Source of the DNA: Bacteroidales bacterium
GTDB lineage: Bacteria > Bacteroidota > Bacteroidia > Bacteroidales > CAIWKO01
Length of the DNA: 64,000 nucleotides
Reading direction: 5' to 3'
Assembly (NCBI GenBank): GCA_035389045.1
Contig: DAOORA010000007.1
Location: forward strand, 1-64,000
Under the pieces are notes generated by a model. The model was given only the letters and a program-made list of their open reading frames with translations, was not told the DNA's origin and did not search any database. Shown here piece after piece: positions 1 to 10,647 of this stretch. Position 1 is the first letter of the stretch; every line of letters begins with the position of its first letter. Both the position numbers and the translations under genes were made by a program.

Positions 1-54
1 CAGGCCTCGAAACTGAACTTTTCGATTCAGACACTGAGTTTCCGCTCAGATTCT
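1..54. repeat. One arm of a dispersed palindromic (MITE/REP-like) element, cut by the window edge
   Basis: CAGGCCTCGAAACTGAACTTTTCGATTCA... closely matches 12916-12967 (CAGGCCTCGAAACGGAACTGTTCAATTCA...); both lie just past a gene 3' end. Confidence 0.7.
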
Positions 55-75
55 AAGTAATTTAATATTATTATT

Positions 76-3000
76 TTATAATACAATAATCTTCTTCTGA
101 TAGCTGCTGTTATTGCTGACAACATTTATTATGTAACAACCCGGTTTGTCCACTGTGTAACGCTTGGTCCCGTGGCCTTCCTGTGTGCCGGTGAATATCT
201 TCTGCCCGAGCATGTTATAAACCGATATTTCGGCCGGCTGCCGGCTGCTGTTGCTGTAATTCACATAAATGTCTTTGCCGGAGGCCCAGGCATCAACAAA
301 GGAACTGCCATTTTCATCTATCCCTGTCAGAATAGAGGGCGAGAACCGGATGAAGAACCTGTACTGCGGTGCATTCGCATTCATCGAAAACGTGTAAACG
401 GGATTTGCCGTCAGATCCTGGCTTGTGGAAGTCTGGTTGTCTTCGAGGTAGATGTGCAGGGAGGGGTCGAAGTTGAGAATCTCGCTGGCATTGATGGTGA
501 AATTCCCGTTGGTTTTGGTGATATAGCCGAGCGGTATGATCACATCCGTGTTGTTGGATAGCGGTGGCAGAGCCTGTATTGATAAAGAAGCAGGAGTGCT
601 GTCCCTTGTAAAGATGTTGGGGTAAGCAGAATTGTTATTCATCATTTTGTATGCGTCGAAATTACCGTCGAACATAGAAGTTGCCTGTGGATCGAAATAA
701 ATAACCGTTTCGTCGGCTGCGGAAGTATTGTTTACCGGGTAGCCTCTGAGTCTTAATGTTGGATTATTTACTGTGGCCTTATAGAATACCGGGTTGGGGT
801 CTGAAACTCTCACGGCATTGGTCGCGTCCAGTGATCCCGTACCTGTTGCCTTTACAAAGAATCCCTGCATGGAGGCAATGATCCCTGTTGTTCCTGAAGG
901 AGTACCATAGCCATTGACAAAATAGCTGTATGTCCCGGTATACTGATCTGCAGCATCAAAATAATAAATAGCATTGTTCATATTTGTTTTGGTCCATCCG
1001 CCTGATTGCCAGTCTACCGGCGAGGGATATGGGTTTCCGATCAGGTTCCAGCCATCGGCAAAAGTGTTGCCTGTAATGGTTTTTGTCAAGCTGATACTGA
1101 GATTTCCGTTGTTGACAACGCCTGTAATATCTGTTGTCAGTGGGGCAGCAGATGCCCCGAAGTTGATACAATAGCCTCGCATGGTCTGAAGTGTTGACCC
1201 TGCGCCGGTCCAGCCTATGGACATCGTTGGTCCCATGGTTTCGTCATAGGCAAAGAAATTGGGGAAAGGATTGACGGTTTGGGTGGTGTCGCTACCGATG
1301 TATGGATTCCCTGTGATTATAGTGCCGATTTCATCGGCAAACTCGTTGATGGAAGCCCCGTTGAACGGCGAGGAATAATAATGATAACCCAACCTGCTGG
1401 CCATATAGCGTTGCATGGTTACGTTGCCGCTGACATTGCCGGATCCCGTACCTGCTATCAGTGCTGTTTGCGAAGCAGTGGATACCAGTGTGAGGTTTCC
1501 GCCAGAGGCAAGTGTTCCTGAGGTGGGTGTAAGAACCCCGCTTACTTCTGTGGGGTTGTTTAAGGTCACACCGTTAGCGTTATTGATGGTGAGATTTCCG
1601 AAGGTGGTGGATCCGTTGATTGTCTGTGCTGTGCTGCCGGCAAAGATTACGGTTCCGTTGCCCACATTACTTTGCCCGTTGTTGGTCCAGTTGCCATACA
1701 CAGAAAGATCCTTGCCGCTGTTGACATACAGGGATGCAAGTGCATCGATGGTAATGTTCCGGCATGTTGCAACATTTATGGAATTAACAACAGGGTGATT
1801 TGTTACATAAGAAATAATGACATCATCGCTTGCTGTGGGTACTGCACCGCATAACCAGTTGGATGGATTATCCCAGTCCGAACCAGATGTTCCCATCCAG
1901 ATAGCCGCGGAGGGTACCGAAATTATGCTTACTGTTGCGCTGCCCTGATTGCCCCATCCACAGCCGTTGTATGCGCGGAAATAATTGGTTCCCGATGACG
2001 ATACGGTTTGATTAGTCGACGGTGTTCCCGTTGAAGTACCATTATTGCTTGTCCCCTGCCAGTAAATCGTGCCATTGGTACCGCCACCGGCGGTCAGCGT
2101 TCTGCTCCCTCCGCATTGAGAGCCGCCATTATAGACAGTCACCACACCGGGAATATTATTTACGGTGACCGTTTCACTTGCACAGGTAGTAGTATTGCAG
2201 GTTCCTTGTGCCCGGACATAATAATTTGATGTTGTTGCAGGTGATACGTTGATCGATGTTACACCGTTGGCTACAAAGGTACCACCGCAACTCCCCGAAT
2301 ACCAGTACCACACTCCACCTGTACCCAATGAGCCGCCACTAAGGGTGAGGGTGGTAGAACCTCCGTTACATATCGTTGTGGTGCCGGTGATCCCCGTGGG
2401 CGCTGCAGAAGAGGTATTTATGGTTACCGTTGCCATATTCTGAGTACCCCAGCAACCCTGATTATATGCCCTGAAGTAGTAGGTGCCTGATGCGGTTACC
2501 GTCTGTGTGGTCGCTGGCGAGGCCGTCGAAGTGCCGCCATTTGTCGTTCCCTGCCAGTAGATCGTACCATTCGTGCCTCCGGTTGCTGTAAGCGTTTTAC
2601 TGTCACAATACGTGCCAGCGCCATAAGCTGTAACAGCACCGGGAACTGTCGTTATGGTCACAGCTGCACTGCCCTCGGTGCTCCAGCCGCAGGCATTTTT
2701 TGCCCTGAAATAATAGGTGCCCGATGACGATACAGTTTGTGGATTTGTAGAATTTGCCGTGGATGTACCACCGCTTGTTGTGCCCTGCCAGTAGATTGTT
2801 CCATTGGTGCCTCCGTTCGCAGTGAGGACAACTGTTCCTCCGCACTGGGTGGTTCCGCCGCTGACGGAGACTGTGCCCGGAATATTATTTACTGTTACCG
2901 TGGTGTTTGCACAGGTAGTAGTATTGCATGTCCCTTCTGCGCGGACATAATAATTTGTTGTTGTCGCAGGTGATACGCTGATTGATGTTACACCGTTGGC

Positions 3001-6000
3001 TACGGGGGTACTGCCGCAACTGCCCGAATACCAGTACCAGACGCCGCCTGTACCCAATGATCCCCCACTCAGGGTGAGTGTGGTGGAACCTCCGTTACAT
3101 ATTGTCGTGGTTCCGGTGATGCCTGATGGCGCTGTGGAGGATGTATTTATGGTGACAGATGCACTGCCTTCATTACCCCAGCAACCTGCTGCGGAACGTG
3201 ACCGGAAATAATAGGTGCCCGTTGAAGATACTGTCTGTGGGTTTGTTGAAGTTACCGTTGAAGTTCCGCCACTGGTAGTACCCTGCCAGTAAATGGTGCC
3301 ATTGGTGCCACCTGTTGCGGTAAGAATCGTGCTGTTACAATAGGTTCCTGCACCGGATACCGACACCGCTCCAGGAACCACATTTATTGTCACTGTCACA
3401 CTGCCCTCGGCGCCCCAACAGCCTGCTGCGGAACGTGACCGGAAATAATAAGTACCCGATGTGGATACAGTTTGCGGAGTGCCTCCCAATGCGGTACTCG
3501 TTCCATTGCTTGTTGAGCCCTGATAATATATGGTACCCCCCGTGCCACCCGATGCCGAAACGGATGTACTGCCACAATATGTTCCGCCGCCTGATACAGT
3601 CACTGCGGATGGAACCGAATTTATGGTCACTGCTGCGCTGCCCTCGGTGCTCCAGCCGCAGGCATTCTTTGCCCTGAAATAATAGGTGCCCGATGACGAT
3701 ACGGTTTGTGGATTTGTAGAATTTGCCGTAGATGTACCACCGCTTGTTGTGCCCTGCCAGTAGATTGTTCCATTGGTGCCTCCGCTCGCAGTGAGGACAA
3801 CGGTTCCTCCGCACTGGGTGGTTCCGCCGCTGACGGAGACTGTGCCCGGAATATTATTTACTGTTACCGTGGTGTTTGCACAGGTAGTAGTATTGCATGT
3901 CCCTTCTGCGCGGACATAATAATTTGTTGTTGTCGCAGGTGATACGCTGATTGATGTTACACCGTTGGCTACGGGGGTACTGCCGCAACTGCCCGAATAC
4001 CAGTACCAGACGCCGCCTGTACCCAAAGACCCGCCACTCAGGGTGAGTGTGGTGGAACCTCCGTTACATATTGTCGTGGTTCCAGTGATCCCCGTGGGGG
4101 CTGTGGAAGAGGTATTTATAGTTATCGTTGCCATATCCTGCGTACCCCAGCAACCCTGATTATGTGCCCTGAAATAGTAGGTGCCTGATGTGGTTACCGT
4201 CTGTGCGGTCGCTGGCGAGGCCGTAGAGGTGCCGCCATTTGTCGTTCCCTGCCAGTAGATCGTACCATTCGTGCCTCCTGTGGCTGTAAGCATTTTACTG
4301 TCACAATATGTACCATCGCCATTAACCGTTACACCTCCGGGTATTGTAGTTATAGTCACCGCTGCACTGCCCTCTGTGCCCCAACAGCCTGCTGCTGAAC
4401 GTGACCTGAAATAATAGGTGCCCGATGATGAAATCGATTGTGGCGTGCCTCCCAATGCGGTACTCGTTCCATTGCTTGTGGTGCCTTGAAAGTATATGGT
4501 GCCTCCGGTGCCACCCGATGCCGAAAGGGATGTACTGCCACAATATGTTCCACTGCCTGGTACAGTCACCGGGGAGGGAACCGTATTTATGGTCACTGTC
4601 ACACTGCTCTCAGCGCCCCAACAGCCTGCTGCGGAACGCGATCTGAAATAATAGGTACCCGAAGAGGATACTGTTTGTGGCGTGCCTCCTGATGCGGTAC
4701 TCGTTCCATTGCTTGTTGTGCCCTGATAATATATGGTACCTCCGGTCCCACCCGATGCCGAAATGGATGTACTGCCACAAAATGCTCCGCCGCCTGATGC
4801 CGTCACCGCTGAGGGTGCCGGATTTATCGTTACTGTTGTGCTGCTCTGAGTACCCCATCCGCATACACTATAGGCACGGAAATAATAAGTGCCCGATGAC
4901 GATACTGTTTGTGGATTTGTTGAATTGGCTGTGGATGTTCCGCCGCTTGTTGTACCCTGCCAATAAATCACTCCTCCGGTGCCTCCGGAAGCTGTAAGGG
5001 TGGCGCTAGAACAATAGGTGCCTCCGCCATTAACCGTTACGATATCCGGAACAATGCTGAAAGTAACCGTCACACTGCCGCAGGTGGAAGACCAGCAGCC
5101 GGTGGTGGCGTTATAAGCACTTGCATAGTATGTGGTTGTCGTAGCAGGAGAAACGGTGATGGAGTTTCCGGTACCTATTAATGCACCTCCGCAGGAGCCG
5201 GTATACCAATAAATGATTGCATCGCTAACCGTTGCTGATAAACTTGAACTGCCACTGCCGCAAATTAAAGATGGTGTTGCTGTGGGAGACGGATTGGCAG
5301 GAAGTGTAATGATGGAAATAGTTGCGCTGCCCTGGGCGCTCCAGCCGCAGCCATTAAGGGCACGGAAATAATAAGTGCCTGATGATGATACCGTTTGATT
5401 GGTGGATGGTGTTGCTGTCGATGTTCCGTTTGATGTGGTCCCCTGCCAGTAGATGGTTCCATTGGTACCACCTCCGGCCGTTAGGGTTCTGCTCCCTCCG
5501 CATTGTGTGCCGCCATTGTAAGCGGTTACCCCGCCGGGAACATTATTAACGGTGACCGTGGCACTTGCACATGCTGTAGTATTGCATGTCCCCTGAGCAC
5601 GAACATAATACGATGTTGTGCTACCGGGGGATACCGTAATGGAGGTCGAACCACTGCTAATAAATGTACCACCGCAACTGCCCGAATACCAGTACCAGAC
5701 TCCACCTGTACCCAAAGATCCGCCATTCGAAGTGAGTGAAGTGGAACTTCCGTTACAAATCGTCGTTGTTCCGGTTATGCTTGATGGCGCCGTGGAAGAT
5801 GTATTTATGGTAACGGATGCACTGCCTTCATTACCCCAGCAACCTGCTGTAGAACGTGACCTGAAATAATAAGTGCCCGTTGAAGATACAGACTGTGGGT
5901 TTGTTGAATTTACCGTTGATGTCCCGCCACCGGTAGTTCCCTGCCAGTAGATCGTACCATTGGTGCCGCCTGTTGCTGTAAGAGTGGCACTGTTACAATG

Positions 6001-8148
6001 GGTTCCTGCGCCGGATACCGACACCGCACCCGGAGTCACATTGATAGTTACTGCCACACTACCCTCAGTGCCCCAACAACCTGCCGAGGAACGCGACCTG
6101 AAATAATGGGTCCCCGATGAGGATACAGTTTGTGGCGTTCCTCCTAATGCAGTACTCGTTCCATTGCTTGTTGTGCCTTGATAATATATTGTGCCTCCTG
6201 TGCCACCCGTTGCCGAAATGGATGTACTGCCACAAAATGTTCCGCTGCCTGAAGCCGTCACTCCGGATGGAACCGAATTTATGGTTACTGCTGCACTGCC
6301 CTCGGTTCCCCATCCGCATCCATTATACGCACGAAAATAATAAGTGCCTGATGACGATACGGTTTGATTTGTCGACGGCGTTCCCGTTGAAGTACCATTA
6401 CTGCTTGTCCCCTGCCAGTAGATCGTGCCATTGGTACCTCCACCTGCGGTCAGGGTTCTGCTCCCTCCGCATTGAGTGCCGCCATTGTACGTGGTTACAC
6501 CGCCTGGAACACTATTAACGGTGACCGTGGCACTTGCACATGTCGTGGTATTGCATGTCCCCTGAGCACGAACATAATACGATGTTGTACTACCGGGGGA
6601 CACCGTAATGGAGGCCGAACCACTGCTGATAAAAGTTCCACCGCAACTACCCGAATACCAGTACCATACTCCGCCGGTGCCAAGTGCGCCGCCACTCTGG
6701 GTCAGTGTTGTGGCACCTCCGTTACAAATCGTCGTGGTTCCGGTTATGCCTGATGGCGCTGTGGAAGATGTATTTATGGTAACGGATGCACTGCCTTCAG
6801 TACCCCAGCAACCTGCTGCGGAACGTGACCGGAAATAATAGGTACCCGTTGAAGATACTGTCTGTGGATTTGTTGAAGTTACCGTCGAAGTTCCGCCGCT
6901 GGTAGTACCCTGCCAGTAGATAGTCCCGTTGGTGCCACCTGTTGCGGTAAGAATCGTACTGTTACAATAGGTCCCTGCGCCGGATACCGAAACCGCACCC
7001 GGAGTCACATTGATAGTTACTGCCGCGCTACTCTCGGTGCCCCAACAACCTGCTGAGGAACGCGACCTGAAATAATAGGTACCCGATGAGGATACAGTTT
7101 GTGGTGTGCCTCCCAATGCGGTACTCGTTCCATTGCTTGTTGTGCCCTGATAATATATGGTGCCACCGGTGCCTCCCGATGCCGAAATGGATGTACTGCC
7201 ACAAAATGTTCCGCCGCCTGAAGCCGTCACCCCGGATGGAACCAAATTTATTGTTACTGCTGCACTGCCCTCGGTTCCCCATCCGCATCCATTACGGGCA
7301 CGGAAATAATAAGTCCCTGATGATACCGTTTGATTGGTGGATGGGGTTGCTGTTGACGTTCCGTTTGATGTGGTTCCCTGCCAGTAAATGGTTCCATTGG
7401 TACCACCTCCGGCCGTCAGGGTTCTGCTCCCTCCGCATTGAGTGCCTCCATTGTACGCGGTTACAGCGCCGGGAACACTATTAACGGTGACCGTGGCATT
7501 TGCACATGTCGTGGTATTGCATGTCCCCTGAGCACGAACATAATACGATGTTGTACTACCGGGGGACACCGTAATGGAGGCCGAACCACTGCTGATAAAA
7601 GTTCCACCGCAACTACCCGAATACCAGTACCATACTCCGCCGGTGCCAAGTGCGCCGCCACTCTGGGTCAGCGTTGTGGATCCTCCGCTGCATAAGGTTG
7701 TTGTACCGGAAATTCCTGTCGGAGTGGTAGAAGAAGTATTTATGGTCACCGTTGCACTTACCGGGGTGCCCCATCCACAGTTGGCGTTATATGCCCTGAA
7801 ATAATACGTTCCTGAAGACGTTACCGATCGCGACGTTGAGAGGGTTACCGTAGATGTTCCGTTACTTGAGGTTCCCTGCCAGTATATCGTTGCATTCGTG
7901 CCCCCGCCGGCCGTGAGCGTCTTACTGTCACAATACGTGCCACTGCTATAAACAGTAACTGCACCTGCCACCGGATTTACTGTAACAATCACCGTACCGC
8001 AGGAGGTAGAAAAGCCGGAGGCATTATATCCCCTTGCATAATAGGTTTTGGTTGATGCCGGAGAAACTGAGTAGGCTGCTCCCGGAGAACTTGTACCTAC
8101 TTGTCCGGAACCACACCCCCCCCGTATACCAATATATGGTTGTGGCAC
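76..8148 (-). CDS. Giant Ig-like repeat surface protein/adhesin with T9SS C-terminal sorting domain (3' part of frameshifted gene 76..8770)
   Basis: About 26 tandem ~80 aa Cys-containing Ig-like repeats (IYWQGT..GTYYFR; WYWYSGSCG..YYVRA), then WxG..DW..SNW beta-helix, WNLIGNPYPS, FDGNFDAYKM, and CTD ending VYNMLGQ..GCYII..KKIIVL. This ORF has no signal peptide; its true N-terminus is in 8024..8770. Confidence 0.85.
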   Translation of the reverse strand: MPQPYIGIRGGCGSGQVGTSSPGAAYSVSPASTKTYYARGYNASGFSTSCGTVIVTVNPVAGAVTVYSSGTYCDSKTLTAGGGTNATIYWQGTSSNGTSTVTLSTSRSVTSSGTYYFRAYNANCGWGTPVSATVTINTSSTTPTGISGTTTLCSGGSTTLTQSGGALGTGGVWYWYSGSCGGTFISSGSASITVSPGSTTSYYVRAQGTCNTTTCANATVTVNSVPGAVTAYNGGTQCGGSRTLTAGGGTNGTIYWQGTTSNGTSTATPSTNQTVSSGTYYFRARNGCGWGTEGSAAVTINLVPSGVTASGGGTFCGSTSISASGGTGGTIYYQGTTSNGTSTALGGTPQTVSSSGTYYFRSRSSAGCWGTESSAAVTINVTPGAVSVSGAGTYCNSTILTATGGTNGTIYWQGTTSGGTSTVTSTNPQTVSSTGTYYFRSRSAAGCWGTEGSASVTINTSSTAPSGITGTTTICNGGATTLTQSGGALGTGGVWYWYSGSCGGTFISSGSASITVSPGSTTSYYVRAQGTCNTTTCASATVTVNSVPGGVTTYNGGTQCGGSRTLTAGGGTNGTIYWQGTSSNGTSTGTPSTNQTVSSSGTYYFRAYNGCGWGTEGSAAVTINSVPSGVTASGSGTFCGSTSISATGGTGGTIYYQGTTSNGTSTALGGTPQTVSSSGTHYFRSRSSAGCWGTEGSVAVTINVTPGAVSVSGAGTHCNSATLTATGGTNGTIYWQGTTGGGTSTVNSTNPQSVSSTGTYYFRSRSTAGCWGNEGSASVTINTSSTAPSSITGTTTICNGSSTSLTSNGGSLGTGGVWYWYSGSCGGTFISSGSTSITVSPGSTTSYYVRAQGTCNTTACASATVTVNNVPGGVTAYNGGTQCGGSRTLTAGGGTNGTIYWQGTTSNGTSTATPSTNQTVSSSGTYYFRALNGCGWSAQGSATISIITLPANPSPTATPSLICGSGSSSLSATVSDAIIYWYTGSCGGALIGTGNSITVSPATTTTYYASAYNATTGCWSSTCGSVTVTFSIVPDIVTVNGGGTYCSSATLTASGGTGGVIYWQGTTSGGTSTANSTNPQTVSSSGTYYFRAYSVCGWGTQSSTTVTINPAPSAVTASGGGAFCGSTSISASGGTGGTIYYQGTTSNGTSTASGGTPQTVSSSGTYYFRSRSAAGCWGAESSVTVTINTVPSPVTVPGSGTYCGSTSLSASGGTGGTIYFQGTTSNGTSTALGGTPQSISSSGTYYFRSRSAAGCWGTEGSAAVTITTIPGGVTVNGDGTYCDSKMLTATGGTNGTIYWQGTTNGGTSTASPATAQTVTTSGTYYFRAHNQGCWGTQDMATITINTSSTAPTGITGTTTICNGGSTTLTLSGGSLGTGGVWYWYSGSCGSTPVANGVTSISVSPATTTNYYVRAEGTCNTTTCANTTVTVNNIPGTVSVSGGTTQCGGTVVLTASGGTNGTIYWQGTTSGGTSTANSTNPQTVSSSGTYYFRAKNACGWSTEGSAAVTINSVPSAVTVSGGGTYCGSTSVSASGGTGGTIYYQGSTSNGTSTALGGTPQTVSTSGTYYFRSRSAAGCWGAEGSVTVTINVVPGAVSVSGAGTYCNSTILTATGGTNGTIYWQGTTSGGTSTVTSTNPQTVSSTGTYYFRSRSAAGCWGNEGSASVTINTSSTAPSGITGTTTICNGGSTTLTLSGGSLGTGGVWYWYSGSCGSTPVANGVTSISVSPATTTNYYVRAEGTCNTTTCANTTVTVNNIPGTVSVSGGTTQCGGTVVLTANGGTNGTIYWQGTTSGGTSTANSTNPQTVSSSGTYYFRAKNACGWSTEGSAAVTITTVPGAVTAYGAGTYCDSKTLTATGGTNGTIYWQGTTNGGTSTASPATTQTVTASGTYYFRAYNQGCWGTQNMATVTINTSSAAPTGITGTTTICNGGSTTLTLSGGSLGTGGVWYWYSGSCGGTFVANGVTSINVSPATTSNYYVRAQGTCNTTTCASETVTVNNIPGVVTVYNGGSQCGGSRTLTAGGGTNGTIYWQGTSNNGTSTGTPSTNQTVSSSGTNYFRAYNGCGWGNQGSATVSIISVPSAAIWMGTSGSDWDNPSNWLCGAVPTASDDVIISYVTNHPVVNSINVATCRNITIDALASLYVNSGKDLSVYGNWTNNGQSNVGNGTVIFAGSTAQTINGSTTFGNLTINNANGVTLNNPTEVSGVLTPTSGTLASGGNLTLVSTASQTALIAGTGSGNVSGNVTMQRYMASRLGYHYYSSPFNGASINEFADEIGTIITGNPYIGSDTTQTVNPFPNFFAYDETMGPTMSIGWTGAGSTLQTMRGYCINFGASAAPLTTDITGVVNNGNLSISLTKTITGNTFADGWNLIGNPYPSPVDWQSGGWTKTNMNNAIYYFDAADQYTGTYSYFVNGYGTPSGTTGIIASMQGFFVKATGTGSLDATNAVRVSDPNPVFYKATVNNPTLRLRGYPVNNTSAADETVIYFDPQATSMFDGNFDAYKMMNNNSAYPNIFTRDSTPASLSIQALPPLSNNTDVIIPLGYITKTNGNFTINASEILNFDPSLHIYLEDNQTSTSQDLTANPVYTFSMNANAPQYRFFIRFSPSILTGIDENGSSFVDAWASGKDIYVNYSNSSRQPAEISVYNMLGQKIFTGTQEGHGTKRYTVDKPGCYIINVVSNNSSYQKKIIVL

Positions 8149-8770
8149 CAGCCGAAGTGGCTGAAATATTTATACTTGAACCGGCACAGATAGTTCCACC
8201 ACCAGAACAAACTGGAGTAGACGGGATTGTAAGCATCATATTTGATAAAGGTAGTGAGCCTTCTGTTGAATTCACCAAACACTCACTTTCATTAATGGGC
8301 TCTTTCACTGTTGTTGCAAAAGATATATCGGTCTTTAAATTTTCCATATGTACAAATACGCAGGCAGGCGAAAGTAAATGTTCCGCCGCATTATCGGGCC
8401 GAAAAATATCCGCATGAAAATGGCCATTTTCAGTCAATGGCGAAACTATAAGATTACCGTAAAAATAATTTAAAACATCCGGATTAAAATAATCCGAGCT
8501 AATCCTGACATTTGCCATACCCGTAATGGATTCCCAGTTTAACGAATAATTATCGTTAAGACAGGTACAATGATCAGAACGGTCACCCTTAAGCAGTATA
8601 TGTGCATTATTTCCATCATGCAGAGACGGGTATCCGGTGCTTGTACCGGGAGTTCCGGGGCTGGCTGCGCCTAAAGTAATTACAATTGCATTAAAAAATA
8701 GTACTATGAAAAAAAGAAAACATCTTCCTGCACATTGTGCTTTATGAACAAATTGAATATTTATTTTCAT
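8024..8770 (-). CDS. N-terminal part (signal peptide and start of first Ig repeat) of the giant repeat protein
   Basis: Hydrophobic signal-like N-terminus. It runs into TICAGSSINISATSAGATTIYWYTGG, which continues as CGSGQ in the other frame across the G8 run at 8116-8123. Confidence 0.8.
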   Translation of the reverse strand: MKINIQFVHKAQCAGRCFLFFIVLFFNAIVITLGAASPGTPGTSTGYPSLHDGNNAHILLKGDRSDHCTCLNDNYSLNWESITGMANVRISSDYFNPDVLNYFYGNLIVSPLTENGHFHADIFRPDNAAEHLLSPACVFVHMENLKTDISFATTVKEPINESECLVNSTEGSLPLSNMMLTIPSTPVCSGGGTICAGSSINISATSAGATTIYWYTGGVWFRTSRYKFSGSSLLSFSGINQNLLCKGI

Positions 8771-9117
8771 ATTTCAGTGTTTTTAAATTTTTGTGTGATT
8801 ATAATTAAATAGGGCATTAAAAGTACAAAAAGCAAGTAAAAAAAACAACCATCTCATTATTTTTTTTTAAACAATTTTTCAAAATAGTATATTTTGATTA
8901 TCTATTATTTTGGTTTATCATTGATTATCAAATATATGTATTCCAATATCTTCTTGTTCATATTAAAGTATTAATATGCATAATTTTATTAACATGCCTA
9001 AATAATATCACAACCTTAGTTATCAATATGGTTTCATAGAGGAACAAGAAATAGGAAACGTTTTCTAATTTGATGAATTACTCCTTTAACTTTTGCAAGT
9101 TCATTAAATTATATAAA

Positions 9118-9316
9118 AATGCTGAAACAATACAACTATCTTTAGCAGAGCGCTTATGGCGATTAATTATTGAAATACCGGCTGATTTGGCTGAACTGAT
9201 TGAAATTGAGACCGTATCGTTAAAGGAATTGTTAATATCTGATAACCAAAGATTTGTAAAATTAGTAACTAACGCAACCCTTATGCAAGCAAAGTAAACC
9301 AGAGTGCGAAAGTCAG
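9118..9316 (+). pseudogene. Possible 3' remnant of an IS transposase with a terminal-repeat-like end
   Basis: Peptide ETIQLSLAERLWRLIIEI..LAELIEI..ISDNQRFVKL resembles, from recall only, C-termini of Bacteroidota DDE transposases; followed by TGCGAAAGTCAG (9305-9316); no catalytic region present. Confidence 0.35.
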
Positions 9317-9379
9317 ATTTCTAGTTTTTAGCTGTATTGACTGACAATGTGTTTCAAACACGGAATACTTCAGCCCATA

Positions 9380-10630
9380 CTATATAAAATAGCTCCCGAT
9401 ATTATAAATAAGAAATGATACTATCCATGCAAGAACCGTAGTATAGGCAATGACAAAAACTGTCCATTTCCGCCTGTTGATGGTTTTATGGATGGTTGTA
9501 AGTGTTCCTATGCAAGGCGTATAAATTGTTACAAAAAATATAAACGATAAAGCAACCAGAGGGTTAAAGATCCTTTGCCCTTTTTTGGGTCCTGACAAAT
9601 AGGTTTGGTTCTGCAGACTTTCAATGAGGTTTTTTTTATCATTGCCAGCCTGATGTTCTGACTGGTATAACTGGCTCATCAGACCTACTATGGTTTCTTT
9701 GGCGGCAATACCTGATATCAGGCTTATCCCCATCCTCCAGTCGAAACCTAAGGGGGCAATCGCGGGTTCAATAAACTTTCCGGTTTTTCCCAGGTAGGAA
9801 CTTTCGATATTTTTATTGTCCTGATTATTTGGAAAATATCCGAGAAACCATATAATGACTGATGCAATGAGGATGGGAGCGTAAATCCTTTTAACAAACA
9901 TGATCGCGTTCTGCCACATAAATTTGACGGTACTTTTAAAGCGTGGCAGTCGGAATTCCGGCAAATAGTCATTATAAATACCGGCGGTTGACCTGAAGAC
10001 ATATTTTTTCAGTAAAAGCGATACTACAATAGCAATAGCAACGGAGGCCAAATAGATAAAAAATAGTACCGTTCCGGGATGATCCGGAAAAAAAGCAGAA
10101 ATGAATAAGACATAGACCGTAAACCTTGAACTGCAGGGCATCAATGGATTTATCAATGTGGTGATAATGCGTGAATTCTTATTTTCAATACGCTGTGCAG
10201 CCATTATTGCCGGAACGTTACACCCAAACCCCATGACCAGCGACATAAAGGATTTCCCATTCAGCCCGACAGGCTGCATCATATTGTTCATGATCACGGC
10301 CACTCGTGACATATATCCGGATTCTTCCAACAGGGATAAGGCTGTAAACAGGATGATGATATTAGGAACAAAGATGATTATTCCGCCAAGCCCTTTTAAA
10401 ATGCCATTGATGATAAGGCTCCTGATGGCTCCTTCGGGTATAATCTGTAATAACAGGTGTTCAAAAAGAAAAAACAAGTCGGTGAGCCAGATCATAGGGT
10501 AGTGGCCAAGTCCGAAAGTTGCCTGAAAAACGATCCATATAACCCCAATAAATATTATTATCCCGAAGAATTTGTTACATAATAATTTATCAATCTGTTT
10601 TATTTGCGATTGGCCTAATCTGAAATTCAT
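9380..10630 (-). CDS. feoB: FeoB membrane (gate) domain protein lacking the N-terminal GTPase domain
   Basis: LEESGYMSRVA, GLNGKSF, GFGCNVPAIMA, MPCSSR, LGFDWR, AAKE, YTPC motifs. Start moved to ATG 10630 because a TATTTTTG element lies at 10648-10655. Confidence 0.85.
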   Translation of the reverse strand: MNFRLGQSQIKQIDKLLCNKFFGIIIFIGVIWIVFQATFGLGHYPMIWLTDLFFLFEHLLLQIIPEGAIRSLIINGILKGLGGIIIFVPNIIILFTALSLLEESGYMSRVAVIMNNMMQPVGLNGKSFMSLVMGFGCNVPAIMAAQRIENKNSRIITTLINPLMPCSSRFTVYVLFISAFFPDHPGTVLFFIYLASVAIAIVVSLLLKKYVFRSTAGIYNDYLPEFRLPRFKSTVKFMWQNAIMFVKRIYAPILIASVIIWFLGYFPNNQDNKNIESSYLGKTGKFIEPAIAPLGFDWRMGISLISGIAAKETIVGLMSQLYQSEHQAGNDKKNLIESLQNQTYLSGPKKGQRIFNPLVALSFIFFVTIYTPCIGTLTTIHKTINRRKWTVFVIAYTTVLAWIVSFLIYNIGSYFI

Positions 10631-10647
10631 CTGAATAATTTCTGCTG

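Noticed and set aside
1930..8230. Diversity-generating retroelement or CRISPR-like repeats in the giant gene
   Set aside because: Repeats are in-frame protein domains, differences are not adenine-specific, and no reverse transcriptase is present
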